64,000 bases of DNA from a bacterium (GTDB taxonomy: Bacteria > Hinthialibacterota > Hinthialibacteria > Hinthialibacterales > Hinthialibacteraceae), in assembly GCA_963663405.2 (NCBI GenBank), contig CAXXSM010000022.1:64001-128000 (forward strand), read 5' to 3'. The position numbers were made by a program, and so were the translations under genes. Below are positions 1 to 9,857 of the stretch, one piece after another. Position 1 is the first letter of the stretch, and every line of letters begins with the position of its first letter. Below the pieces are notes generated by a model. That model saw only the letters and a program-made list of their open reading frames with translations. It ran no database searches and was not told where the DNA came from.

Positions 1-129
1 CTTGTCCACTCGATCGGCCACATCCGCCAAGCCACTGTACCCCGCATACCCCACAACGATCGCAAAGAAGATCAAGAGACCAAAACCAATACTTATCTTT
101 TTACTGACCGACAGGTTTTTCCAACTCAT
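1..129 (-). CDS. Methyl-accepting chemotaxis protein, N-terminal part (runs off the window edge)
   Basis: Manual translation MSWKNLSVSKKISIGFGLLIFFAIVVGYAGYSGLADVADRVDK is a typical chemoreceptor N-terminus plus TM1; GGAG RBS at 137-140. Confidence 0.65.
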   Translation of the reverse strand, partial: MSWKNLSVSKKISIGFGLLIFFAIVVGYAGYSGLADVADRVDK

Positions 130-182
130 TTTTTTTCTCCTTTTTTTATTGAATTGATTTATTTTCACGATCAAACTTGCCC

Positions 183-911
183 TCAGAAGCGAAATGTCAA
201 TCCCGTCATCAACATACTGTCTGAATCCCAGGTATGGTTCTTCAGCCGGTTGGTCTCGATCTGATATCCAAGAGTCCAAGTTATTTCTTCCGTAAATGGG
301 ACATTGAAACCGATTCCAAACCGATGCCGGTTGAATGTATCCACTGTCGTGTCGAAGTTGACTTCATTTGATAGATAAATCTGGATGGGACGTCCATCAA
401 TGTCGATGGGAAGAGGATGATTGAAAGCAATCAGTGGACGAATACGTTCAGAAATATCGTCTTTGTCGTGTATATCGCGAACATCAATGCGAAGTCGGAA
501 TTTGAACGACCATTCCGAATCAAAGATTTTTTTCTTTGAATAGGCCAAGTCAAAATGGTAACGGTCTTCATTCGCCCCAGGTTCGTAATCCACGTGCTGC
601 CAGACCGGCATGATTGTCCATCCATCTAACCAGGGGATACCGAATCGCAGGCCAATCCGCTGATGAAATTGAAACTGATGGGACGCGTCTTGGTCGAATC
701 GATTGGCGTTTTCCAGATAGAGAGACGTGCTGTCCGGCAAACCAATGGGGGACAGATCAATCCAAAAGTTTTCCCACGTCCAGATCTCAAAATCATGATC
801 GGAGCCGGAAACAACCGGCGTAAGATATAGCGGAACCATCACTATAATCCCTATCCACGATCCAAATCGTCCAATGCACACATTCCTAAATAACTTCTTT
901 TTATTGCGCAT
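183..911 (-). CDS. DUF2490-like outer-membrane beta-barrel protein
   Basis: Signal-like hydrophobic segment, alternating beta-strand pattern, YLSNEVNF..FNRHRFGIG motif, C-terminal Phe (GLTFRF); start moved to ATG 911 (RBS GGAGG). Confidence 0.7.
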   Translation of the reverse strand: MRNKKKLFRNVCIGRFGSWIGIIVMVPLYLTPVVSGSDHDFEIWTWENFWIDLSPIGLPDSTSLYLENANRFDQDASHQFQFHQRIGLRFGIPWLDGWTIMPVWQHVDYEPGANEDRYHFDLAYSKKKIFDSEWSFKFRLRIDVRDIHDKDDISERIRPLIAFNHPLPIDIDGRPIQIYLSNEVNFDTTVDTFNRHRFGIGFNVPFTEEITWTLGYQIETNRLKNHTWDSDSMLMTGLTFRF

Positions 912-1172
912 TACTATTTCCCTCCACAAAGTAAATTTTTCTAACATATATTTACAATTCTATAACAACTATATATCTATACATATATAAAATAAATTTA
1001 CACTTATTATAAATCTTTCACTTTTTCAAGAAATGATCATACTAAAATTTTGGGTAGTGGTGTAGATTAGTCGCAGCCTTTCCTCGTAATTATCTCTTCG
1101 TCATAGAACCATCCAAAATCAATCATATCAAGAGGTTGCGGGTAGTGTGCCTCTTATTTTCGTTCATTAACA

Positions 1173-1266
1173 TGTCAACTATATATGTCGTATAGAAATC
1201 GTATATACGTCGGATATCAATAAAAATAAGAATATATTAATAATAAAACGTCATATATAGTTGACA
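1173..1266. repeat. 19-bp internal inverted repeat pair in the IS left end (putative operator)
   Basis: TGTCAACTATATATGTCGT (1173-1191) vs ACGTCATATATAGTTGACA (1248-1266), 1 mismatch; the second arm overlaps the -35 box. Confidence 0.75.
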
Positions 1267-1289
1267 CTTTGCGCCTTCATGAGTATAAT
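1261..1289 (+). promoter_or_regulatory. Consensus sigma70 promoter of the IS
   Basis: TTGACA-17bp-TATAAT exact consensus, 5 nt before ATG 1295. Confidence 0.8.
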
Positions 1290-1294
1290 TCCTT

Positions 1295-1786
1295 ATGCTT
1301 GAATCCGCCCATGGGAGTGAACCGATGAACGAAACGAAATCGCAGTTCCTCGCAAAAGAAGGCCTCTTAAATCCAAAGCCGGAGCGAATCTCTTCCCCCC
1401 TGTTCCAAACTCTTGATTTCTTCGATCCCTTCGACCTGCCCCAGGTTCGATATGAGATGCTTCGCGCGGCTCGAAGTGACACGATGTCTGTGGCTGAAGC
1501 CTGCCGCCTCTTTGGGTTCTCCAGGGAGTATTTCTACCGGCTCGAACGGATGTTCATGCAGCGGGGCTACGTGGCTTTACTTGGCTCCTCCATGGGCCGC
1601 CGCCCCCTCCTCGCTCTCAACCAAGAGATTGTCAACTTCATCATTCACCGGAAACTCGAACAACCTCACTTGTCGGGAGAGAACTTGCGGCAAGAAATCT
1701 TACGCCTCTATAAAGTGGATTGTTCACGCCGGACCGTCGAACGGATTGTGGAAAAGACGGGTCTGAGTAAAAAAGGGCTCCGCTGA
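1295..1786 (+). CDS. IS OrfA, helix-turn-helix protein
   Basis: FFDPFDLPQVRYEMLR...SVAEACRLFGFSREYFYR HTH; inside the IS; alternative start ATG 1325. Confidence 0.8.
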   Translation: MLESAHGSEPMNETKSQFLAKEGLLNPKPERISSPLFQTLDFFDPFDLPQVRYEMLRAARSDTMSVAEACRLFGFSREYFYRLERMFMQRGYVALLGSSMGRRPLLALNQEIVNFIIHRKLEQPHLSGENLRQEILRLYKVDCSRRTVERIVEKTGLSKKGLR

Positions 1787-1788
1787 CA

Positions 1789-2949
1789 TTGGCCTTGGAA
1801 GTGAACGCGGGAGACTGTCCTCACCAGGTGTTCTTTGAAGACGAGGATCAGGCCCAGGGACTCTATGAGAAAGCGCGTAAGGCCGCCCTTAACCAACGGT
1901 ATCGGATAGACAAGCGTCTCCGGAAAACCCTGACCATCCATGGCGTAGCTGGTTTATTCCTTGATCCCGAACGAATTTTTTTGAGGGCCTCCCCATCCCG
2001 AACGTCTCCACGGAAAAACACCGCGTTGCATCATACGCGTCTTTCGGAAGAACGGTTTGCCACCATTGCCCGATCCCTTGCGGAAGGGGTGGGGATCTCG
2101 CCCACGGCGCGCATTCAAAACGTGAACAAGAAAACCGTTCTCATGGTGTTGGCGAAAGCCGGGGCGCATGCTGTCAAGGTCAACCGCGCTCTCCTCGTGA
2201 AGGCGAACGTCTCTGAATGTCAGCTGGATGAAATGTGGTCTTTCGTCGGGAAAAAGGAGAAAAACCTGGAGCCGTTCGAGAAACTTCAGCGCGTGTTCGG
2301 CGACGCCTGGATTTGGATTGCTTTCGATGCCGTCAACAAGGTCGTTCTCGCGCATGTCATTGGGAAACGAACGTTGCCTTCCGCCGTCGCCCTGGTTGAA
2401 GAGGTGAAACGAGTCACCGTATCCATGCCCGATCTGTTCTCCTCCGATCAACTGGATCATTATGCCAATGCGTTGCTTCAAGTCTATGGAACATGGGTCC
2501 AGCCTTACCGGAAACCGGGACCGGGAAGACCCCCGCATCCTCGACTCGTTCCTCCGAACGATCTGGTGTACGTTCACGTCGTGAAACGCTACAAACAATA
2601 CAAAGTGGTTGAAGTCACACGAAAGGTAATTTTTGGCGATCCGGCAAGAGTGGAAACGATTCTGGCGGCATCCAAAGTCAGCCGGACAATCAACACATCC
2701 TACGTGGAGAGAAATAACGGGATCATTCGTCACATGGATTCACGGTGCGTACGCAAATCGCTCCGATTCTCCAAATCCATGAAAAACCACCACCATCAAC
2801 TCGCGTTGACTCTTGCCTATTACCACTTATGTAAACCACACGGAACATTGACCAAGCGGCATGGAAAATCCACGACTCCCTTCATGGCCGCGAATCTGAC
2901 CGATCACGTCTGGAGCATGGGGGAACTCCTGAGATTCACCAATTTTTGA
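1789..2949 (+). CDS. IS1-family DDE transposase (OrfB, probably reached by -1 frameshift)
   Basis: QLDEMWSFVGKK, WIWIAFD, FSSDQL, NTSYVERNN, RKSLRFSK motifs; no ATG start, frame open from 1771. Confidence 0.88.
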   Translation: MALEVNAGDCPHQVFFEDEDQAQGLYEKARKAALNQRYRIDKRLRKTLTIHGVAGLFLDPERIFLRASPSRTSPRKNTALHHTRLSEERFATIARSLAEGVGISPTARIQNVNKKTVLMVLAKAGAHAVKVNRALLVKANVSECQLDEMWSFVGKKEKNLEPFEKLQRVFGDAWIWIAFDAVNKVVLAHVIGKRTLPSAVALVEEVKRVTVSMPDLFSSDQLDHYANALLQVYGTWVQPYRKPGPGRPPHPRLVPPNDLVYVHVVKRYKQYKVVEVTRKVIFGDPARVETILAASKVSRTINTSYVERNNGIIRHMDSRCVRKSLRFSKSMKNHHHQLALTLAYYHLCKPHGTLTKRHGKSTTPFMAANLTDHVWSMGELLRFTNF

Positions 2950-2997
2950 CTTGCAATTAATATGGACCACTACCAAATTTTGGCAGTTATGGTTTAT

Positions 2998-3222
2998 TCA
3001 ATCTGCGGTCAAGGTGAGGTCTTCCTGTACACCGACATGGAATACCCGGTCTATTTTATTAAAAAATAACAACCGGTCCTCCAATTTTCCCACCCCCGAA
3101 ATACAGTCCGATTGAAAAGCCAAATTCATTGGAGGAAGCGGCTCGATCCAATCGTTCTCAAAAGCACGAACCTTGCTCATGGAAACCGCTATAAGATCCA
3201 TGAATTGCTTTTGTAATTCCAC
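2998..3222 (-). pseudogene. cheW: CheW-like C-terminal fragment
   Basis: MSKVRAFENDWIEPLPP...ISGVGKLEDRLLFF..IDRVF resembles the CheW C-half; in-frame stop upstream; follows an MCP gene. Confidence 0.55.
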
Positions 3223-3493
3223 GTCGGAAAATTAGTGAATCGCTTTAATTTTTCTAATCGGATGATCTTTCGTAACGGCAAAACAGATATCCCATTTTTC
3301 TCTCATAACAATAAAAAAAAGAATTGAATGAAAGGAGTATATAACAAAAGGAGTTTCACCTCTATCCTCCCGATCTATCTTTTTTTCCTCCATACTCATT
3401 TATCTTAATTTGGAACCGAAGTGGATCAAAGATAATCCCTTCGGCTGCAATGATGCGACAAGCTTATTCAAAGGAGACTAAGTCCCACACAGA

Positions 3494-6400
3494 TCAACCC
3501 ATTTCATGAAATTCACCTTCACTCAGTTTCTTTTTCTTGCCAGGCAATGCAGGAACCGGTTGATGTGTGACGGACTTTGCTTGGATGAATCCCCGCTTTG
3601 ATCCGCTTGGTGTGGATTGCTTACTCCTCCCACGGCCATTATCAAGCTTAAACTGACCCACTAATTCCTGCAAAGAAATCGCCTGCGAGGTGAGTTCTTC
3701 ACTGGCCGACGCGCATTCTTCACTGGTCGCCGAATTCTGCTGCGTGACCGAATCGAGTTGTACGAGTACCGACCGGATTTGATCCGCCCCATTGGCTTGT
3801 TCGACGCTTGATGCGGCGATGTCCTGCACGAGTTGGGATGTCTCCTGAATCGCCGGGACGACTTGTTGAATCAGTTGCCCCGCGTTTTCCGCCTGGCTCA
3901 CGCTGTTCTTCGCCAGTTCGCTGATCTCTTTGGCCGCCTTCTGACTGCGTTCCGCCAGTTTGCGCACTTCCACCGCGACAACGGCGAATCCTTTTCCCAT
4001 CTCACCCGCGCGCGCGGCTTCAATAGCCGCATTCAACGCCAACAAGTTGGTTTGATCGGAAATATCACCGATGATCCCGATCTGTTCTGCGATCTTCTTC
4101 ATCGCTTCAACGGTTTTCAGTACCGCGTTCCCTCCTTCTTCCGCTTCACTGGAGGCTTTCGTAGCGACGGTATTGGCTTTTGAAGCGTTGTCGGAATTTT
4201 GTTGGATGGAACTGGTCAGTTCTTCGATCGAGGCGGAAGTCTCTTCCAAACTCGCCGCCTGCTCCGTCGCCCCATTGGAAAGATTTTGAGAAGACGCGGA
4301 CAATTCCTCCGCGCCGGACGCGACTTGTTCCGACGCCTGGCTGACAGTTAACAAGGTTTGACTTAGGTTCTCCCTCATCTGATTCAACGCTCTTGAAAGA
4401 GAACCAATCTCATCCTTCCGGTTGGTTTCAACATTATGGGTGAAATCCCCCTCCGCGACGATCTCCGCGAACCGGACACCCTCCACCAAGGGAACGGAAA
4501 TACTGTTGGCGATGTAATATGCGATGATGAGAATCAGGACACCGAACGAAAAGGCGATGATCAACGCCCAACCCAAGAGTCCGATTTTCTTTCCATACGT
4601 ATCACGGATGGCAAGGTTGGAGAACGCTTCGGCCTGATCGATTTCCGCTAGGATCGCCCATTTTGTATCTCCCAAAGTAATCGGCGCATAAGCCGAAAGC
4701 ACGGGATTTCCATTGTAATCGATGATGATTTTTTCGCCCGTTTTCCCTGCGATCGCCGCGTTCGATCCTTCTGTGTCCACGTTCCCCAACGCCGGATTTT
4801 TAAATGAAGCGACCACGGTATGATTCACGGGATCGAGGAAAGAATCCGACCGCATCAGCCGATCGCTTCCGACAAGGTACGTCTCTCCCGTCACTCCCAT
4901 ACCGCTGCGTTCCTGCATAATGGAATTGATCGCTTCGAGAGACAGTTGCAGGGCCACAACGAGTTCCACGTTACCATTAATGACCACCGGTTGCGCGATG
5001 AAAGCGGCTGGTTCATTATTGCTTGGCGCGTATGGTTCAAAATCCGCCAACGCGAATTGTTTCGACTGAAGAACCTTCCTTGCAAGTTTCCCAAGTCCAG
5101 AGTCCTTATACTTGCCACTCACCATGTTCGTCTGATAATCGGCTTCTTGCGCGACGGTGTAGAAGACATACCCATCTGGATTCATCAAAAACAGGTCATA
5201 GTAACCATATGCTTTCGTATATTTTTTAAAGAAATACTCTCCACTTGAATCTTTCGGGCAGAAGGCTTCAGCGACATCGATCTCCGCCAAGAGCGCCCAT
5301 ACAAAGTTACCCACACGCACGGGAATCCATGCGGAGAGCACGGGATTGCCATTGTAGTCAATAATCACATCCGCCCCGGTTTTACCAGCAAGAGCGGATT
5401 GAGTCGCCACTGTATCAACTTTCCCTTTCGTGGGATTCTTGAACGAAGCCGTCACCGAATGATTTTCCGGATCGAGATACGAGTCGGAGCGCATCAATCC
5501 ATCCGGTCCCACCAGATACGTCTCACCCGTTTCACCAAGTCCCGCGCGTTCGCTCATGATCGTGATCAGACGATCGATGGGCATTTGAAAAATGGCTACA
5601 CCTACTTTTTCTTCACCATCAAATATTGGAGACGCGATAAAACTGGCCGGCGCTTCATAGGAGGGTTTATATGGCATATAGTCGACTAAAAAAACAGCGT
5701 CTTTGTCCGTGGCGGCATTGGCTTTGCGAAACGCTTCACCGAAATTGGTCTGCGCATAAGGACCATCGATCAGTGAAGTGCTGTAATCCAGTTCTTTGAA
5801 TACAGAATAGACAATATCCCCTGTTTCAGGATCAACAAGGAAGATGTCATAAAACCCAAATTTATCCAAGTAATTCCGGACGACTGGATGGATTTGAGAG
5901 TGCAACTCACTGTACCGGGATCCATCATCGGCGGAATCCAGAAGATGTTTGGATCCAAGTGGATTTCGATTGGCCCGGATGTAACGGTATTGAAGCGCAA
6001 TGGACTCTCGATCGAGCTGTTGGACAATGGATTGCGCTCCCGGTGAATTCCCTTCATTCTGCCGCGCATATTCGCTGCTGAATTCCCCCGTATAATAGGT
6101 TGCAAGCTGCTGTTTCATGCTTTCAATATCTGAATCCATGATTAGATTCTCATTATGGTAATTATTGAAAGCGTCTCGAAACTGCTGAACAGCGTCGACC
6201 ACCATTTTGTCTTCTGAAAAAGTAAGGATCTGATCGTGGATGGTTTGGAAATAGCGTTCCACTGCAGAACGCTTAATTTCCCGTACAGCGGTCAACTTCG
6301 CGAACGCTTCCTCCCGCAGGGTGTTTACAGTTTCCGTCAGAACTTCCATATCCCCCTGACGTTCCCCGAAAAATTTTTCTATCTGCGCTTTTTTTATATC

Positions 6401-6556
6401 TCTCACGCCTTTTAATTGATTAAACGCCTGCGCCTGAATTGTCGCGCTTGAATTACGAAACGAAATCCAAACGGCGATCGCCAAAGGAATAATGCCAACC
6501 ATGAGAAACAAGCTGATTAATTTCGGTTTCATTCGAACATCATTCAAACTTATCAT
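3494..6556 (-). CDS. Large methyl-accepting chemotaxis protein with duplicated dCache sensor, HAMP and MA domains
   Basis: [37 protein letters not shown]; HAMP ([13 protein letters not shown]); two TM helices; duplicated GETYLVG..LMRSDS.LDP block; probable start ATG 6556. Confidence 0.95.
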   Translation of the reverse strand: MISLNDVRMKPKLISLFLMVGIIPLAIAVWISFRNSSATIQAQAFNQLKGVRDIKKAQIEKFFGERQGDMEVLTETVNTLREEAFAKLTAVREIKRSAVERYFQTIHDQILTFSEDKMVVDAVQQFRDAFNNYHNENLIMDSDIESMKQQLATYYTGEFSSEYARQNEGNSPGAQSIVQQLDRESIALQYRYIRANRNPLGSKHLLDSADDGSRYSELHSQIHPVVRNYLDKFGFYDIFLVDPETGDIVYSVFKELDYSTSLIDGPYAQTNFGEAFRKANAATDKDAVFLVDYMPYKPSYEAPASFIASPIFDGEEKVGVAIFQMPIDRLITIMSERAGLGETGETYLVGPDGLMRSDSYLDPENHSVTASFKNPTKGKVDTVATQSALAGKTGADVIIDYNGNPVLSAWIPVRVGNFVWALLAEIDVAEAFCPKDSSGEYFFKKYTKAYGYYDLFLMNPDGYVFYTVAQEADYQTNMVSGKYKDSGLGKLARKVLQSKQFALADFEPYAPSNNEPAAFIAQPVVINGNVELVVALQLSLEAINSIMQERSGMGVTGETYLVGSDRLMRSDSFLDPVNHTVVASFKNPALGNVDTEGSNAAIAGKTGEKIIIDYNGNPVLSAYAPITLGDTKWAILAEIDQAEAFSNLAIRDTYGKKIGLLGWALIIAFSFGVLILIIAYYIANSISVPLVEGVRFAEIVAEGDFTHNVETNRKDEIGSLSRALNQMRENLSQTLLTVSQASEQVASGAEELSASSQNLSNGATEQAASLEETSASIEELTSSIQQNSDNASKANTVATKASSEAEEGGNAVLKTVEAMKKIAEQIGIIGDISDQTNLLALNAAIEAARAGEMGKGFAVVAVEVRKLAERSQKAAKEISELAKNSVSQAENAGQLIQQVVPAIQETSQLVQDIAASSVEQANGADQIRSVLVQLDSVTQQNSATSEECASASEELTSQAISLQELVGQFKLDNGRGRSKQSTPSGSKRGFIQAKSVTHQPVPALPGKKKKLSEGEFHEMG

Positions 6557-7300
6557 AATCCCATATCCCCCTTCATTGTGAAAAATACAGATTTTCTTAA
6601 ATTCTTTTGCGATATACAAAGAACTAATAAGATATGCCGCCTTTTAGAAAGCCTATCCACCCCCTATGGGATTCTACGTTCTATAACTAGTAATATGGAA
6701 ATGACACACTGATGGATTTCCCAAATCTCCTCTTTATCCTAACTCATAATACGTTTCTCCTTTCTTTTTAATCAATCAAACAAATTCCGATAATAAAGCA
6801 GTAAATGAATCGACAATTTATTACACAAAAAAAACCATTACAAAAATACACAATTCTACAACATAAAATTACAAAAAAAATATGAAATCACACTATACAA
6901 CCAACACAACAACATTCATGTAGTTGAAAACGAACTAAAAATTACACCTGATATTATATTAATTGAATAATAAGATCAACAAGAAAATAAAAAAAAAGTA
7001 AGAATGTCAATCGTGATGTAGAACTTGATGATACGGGAGAATGACTAATCCACGCCAAACTCGCCAATTTATTTACGTCTCATTGTGGAAGAACATGGGT
7101 ATAAAAAGCGGGAAATTGCCAATATTTTGGACCGCTCAATAAGAAATCTCTCACAAGAGAAAAAAGGCCCAATAACCAGCCATAGAACTAAAAATAGAAT
7201 GTTACTCAGATCAAGAAAACAATATAAATAATAATTGCTATTATATACCATTTGTAATATGCTTATTATATGTGACTTATTTTCAGGGAGAATATGGCTA

Positions 7301-7576
7301 ATGAGCAATACTTTAAATATTCAGTTGACCAACGAATTACGCCGGTTTGTCGATGAACACTCTAGCGAAGATGATGTCTATTCCACCCCAAGCGAATATA
7401 TCCGCGACCTTATTCGCCGGGATTATGAGAAACGAAAAAAGGAACAAGAACAGGAAATTGCATCTATATTGATGAGCTCCAGGCAAACACCAGTCACTCC
7501 ATTAGAAAACGATTTTTTCTCCAAGGAACGAGATCGCTTAAAAGAACGCACAATCGCTAAAAAGATTAGCGTGTGA
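7301..7576 (+). CDS. ParD/CopG-like ribbon-helix-helix antitoxin (orphan)
   Basis: LNIQLT..LRRFV...YSTPSEYIRDLIRRD; paralog of 55280-55531; no intact toxin downstream. Confidence 0.75.
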   Translation: MSNTLNIQLTNELRRFVDEHSSEDDVYSTPSEYIRDLIRRDYEKRKKEQEQEIASILMSSRQTPVTPLENDFFSKERDRLKERTIAKKISV

Positions 7577-7769
7577 TGGCCAAAATTAACTTGCCGCCCG
7601 GCGCCGGCATTCAAACTCACCTCGATCTGCATTATGTATAAATAAACTGTCTCCCGGTTTACCCTATACAAAACTTCATCTTTAATCTCTTTCGAATCTT
7701 TTTTCTCTATCAATTTTATTGAATTCATATTACGCCACGAAAACAATGACGTGATAGAAAGAAAACACC

Positions 7770-9548
7770 ATGAATCAACACAACCACTCACGCCGCAACT
7801 TCTTAAAAACTTTTGGGTTGAGCGCGATCATGCAGACTGCGCCGGGGAAATTATACGCGGGAGAAACGCCCGTTCGGAAACCGAATATCGTCCTCTGCAT
7901 GACCGACGATCAGGGATGGGGGGATATCCATTCGCATGGAAACAATCAAATCGATACACCGGTGATGGACCAGTTGGCCGAGTCAGGCGTCCGTTTCGAC
8001 CGGTTCTATGTCAGTCCCGTTTGCGCCCCCACGCGCGCCAGCCTGTTGACGGGCCGCTATCATCTCCGTTCTGGAGTACACGGCGTCACACGGGGTTGGG
8101 AAACGATGCGCAGCGATGAGATTACCGCCGCGGAGGTTTTCAAAGCCGCTGGTTACGCAACAGGTTGTTTTGGCAAATGGCACAACGGAGCCCACTACCC
8201 TTATCACCCCAACGGGCAGGGATTCGATGAGTTCTTTGGATTCTGCGCGGGCCATTGGAATAACTACTTCGACACCACACTTGAACGCAATGGAGAGCCC
8301 GTTCAGACCAAAGGCTATATCACTGATGTCCTGACCGGCGCGGCGATTGAGTTTATTCAAACGAACCAAAACCGCCCGTTCTTCTGCTACTTGCCCTACA
8401 ACGCGCCTCACTCCCCTTGGCAGGTTCCAGATCAATATTTTGATAAATACAAAGTCCGTGGCCTTGATGACACAACCGCCTGCGCGTATGGGATGTGCGA
8501 AAATGTTGATGACAACCTGGGACGCGTGTTAAAGACGTTAGACCGATTGAATCTAACGACAAACACCATCGTCGTTTTCCTTACCGACAACGGAGCCAAC
8601 AGTGACCGCTTCAATGATGGAATGAAAGGCCGGAAGGGCAGCGCCCATGAAGGCGGTGTCCGCGTTCCCCTGTTCATCTCTTGGCCGGGGCATATTAAAA
8701 CCGGCGCCGAGATCCCCCAAATCGCCGCGCATATCGATCTCCTGCCCACACTGGCGGATCTCGCTGGAATTCCCATACCAAAAACGAAACCTCTCGATGG
8801 AACCAGCCTTGTCCCTCTGCTCGAAGGAAACGCATCCAGCTGGCCGGATCGAAAACTCTTCACCTATTGGAACCGCCGGGGAGCTGTCCGGACGCAGCGA
8901 TACCGCGCCGTCAAAACAGGTCAGCGCTGGGAATTGTACGATATGCGAACCGATCCCGGCCAAAAAGAGAATATTGCGAAACAACATCCTGACATTGTCC
9001 TCGAATACAGCGAAGCGTATGAGAAATGGCTTGAAGACGCCTCAAAAGATGGTTTCGATCCCATCCCGATCCCGATTGGATATCCGGAAAGACCGGAAGT
9101 GATTATGCCCGGCCATGAAGCGTATTTTGTCCCGGAAAGCCGGGAAGGAATCAGTTACAACTTCGCCCCCGGCTGGGCCAATGATTGGATCACGAACTGG
9201 ACAAGCATTGAGGCGTACCCTTATTGGAATGTAGATGCCATCCGTGGAGGAAGGTATGAGATCGCGATACGGTACACCTGTCCCAAGCGGGATGTTGGAG
9301 CGAAGATCCGCGTTGAGATCGGCGGCGCGTCCATTGAAGGAACCGTACAAAAGGCCCACGATCCAGCCCCAATCCCCAGCCCCGACCGCGTGCCGCGAAA
9401 GGAAGTTTACGAAAAAGTCTGGGCCACACTCAACCTTGGAACCGTCACACTCCAAAAAGGAAAAACTCAACTCCGAGTTAAAGCATTATCCAAACCCGGT
9501 CAAATGGTGATAGATTTAAAAGCCGTTCATGTCCGGCGGATTGATTAA
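7770..9548 (+). CDS. Tat-exported arylsulfatase with C-terminal beta-sandwich domain
   Basis: SRRNFLK twin-arginine signal; TDDQG, CAPTRASLLTG (Cys-type FGly motif), GKWH. Confidence 0.95.
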   Translation: MNQHNHSRRNFLKTFGLSAIMQTAPGKLYAGETPVRKPNIVLCMTDDQGWGDIHSHGNNQIDTPVMDQLAESGVRFDRFYVSPVCAPTRASLLTGRYHLRSGVHGVTRGWETMRSDEITAAEVFKAAGYATGCFGKWHNGAHYPYHPNGQGFDEFFGFCAGHWNNYFDTTLERNGEPVQTKGYITDVLTGAAIEFIQTNQNRPFFCYLPYNAPHSPWQVPDQYFDKYKVRGLDDTTACAYGMCENVDDNLGRVLKTLDRLNLTTNTIVVFLTDNGANSDRFNDGMKGRKGSAHEGGVRVPLFISWPGHIKTGAEIPQIAAHIDLLPTLADLAGIPIPKTKPLDGTSLVPLLEGNASSWPDRKLFTYWNRRGAVRTQRYRAVKTGQRWELYDMRTDPGQKENIAKQHPDIVLEYSEAYEKWLEDASKDGFDPIPIPIGYPERPEVIMPGHEAYFVPESREGISYNFAPGWANDWITNWTSIEAYPYWNVDAIRGGRYEIAIRYTCPKRDVGAKIRVEIGGASIEGTVQKAHDPAPIPSPDRVPRKEVYEKVWATLNLGTVTLQKGKTQLRVKALSKPGQMVIDLKAVHVRRID

Positions 9549-9673
9549 CGGTTTATTCCTTTGGTACACGTAAATCCTTGCGCTTGTTAGGGTCTAACAG
9601 GATTAAATAGAAAACATATTTTGGGATGTGAGAGAGAATGAGATAGTTTTGTCAGAAAAGAAATCATTCAAAA

Positions 9674-9757
9674 TGCCGGAGGAGGGACTCGAACCCTCAC
9701 ATCCCGAAGGATACCAGATTTTGAGTCTGGCGCGTCTACCAGTTCCACCACTCCGGC
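9674..9757 (-). tRNA. tRNA-Leu (anticodon CAA), CCA not encoded
   Basis: Reverse complement GCCGGAGTGGTGGAACTGGTAGACGCG-CCAGA CTCAAAA TCTGG-long variable arm-GAGGGTTCGAGTCCCTC-CTCCGGCA. Confidence 0.96.
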
Positions 9758-9857
9758 TGTTGATTTATTCTTGTTTTAGGGCGGTGTTAATTCAATGTTA
9801 TTGTAATAGAAGAGCCATTTCTGTCGAGGTCTCCGAATAACTCGATAGTAATATCCG

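Larger units (their letters stand above)
1053..2974 (+). mobile_element. Complete IS1-family-like insertion sequence (1922 bp)
   Basis: Terminal IRs GGTAGTGGTGTAGATTAGTCGCA / GGTAGTGGTCCATATTAATTGCA (18/23 match); 8-bp target duplication AAATTTTG at 1045-1052 and 2975-2982; encloses HTH and DDE ORFs. Confidence 0.92.

Noticed and set aside
1954-2733. Long antisense ORFs (e.g. 1954-2733, 16647-17288, 29027-29644, 52143-52685)
   Set aside because: They shadow well-supported genes on the opposite strand or in another frame and carry no motifs or RBS.
6620-7300. Riboswitch or ncRNA in the long AT-rich region upstream of the MCP
   Set aside because: No recognisable c-di-GMP or other riboswitch consensus; composition suggests a promoter region. 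ORF 7069-7308 looks spurious.
9674-9757. tRNA-Leu as attachment site of an integrated island
   Set aside because: No duplicate of the tRNA 3' end and no integrase found within the window; an island extending beyond the left edge cannot be excluded.
9628-9840. 70-aa ORF (MPEEGLEPS...)
   Set aside because: It is the antisense translation of tRNA-Leu.
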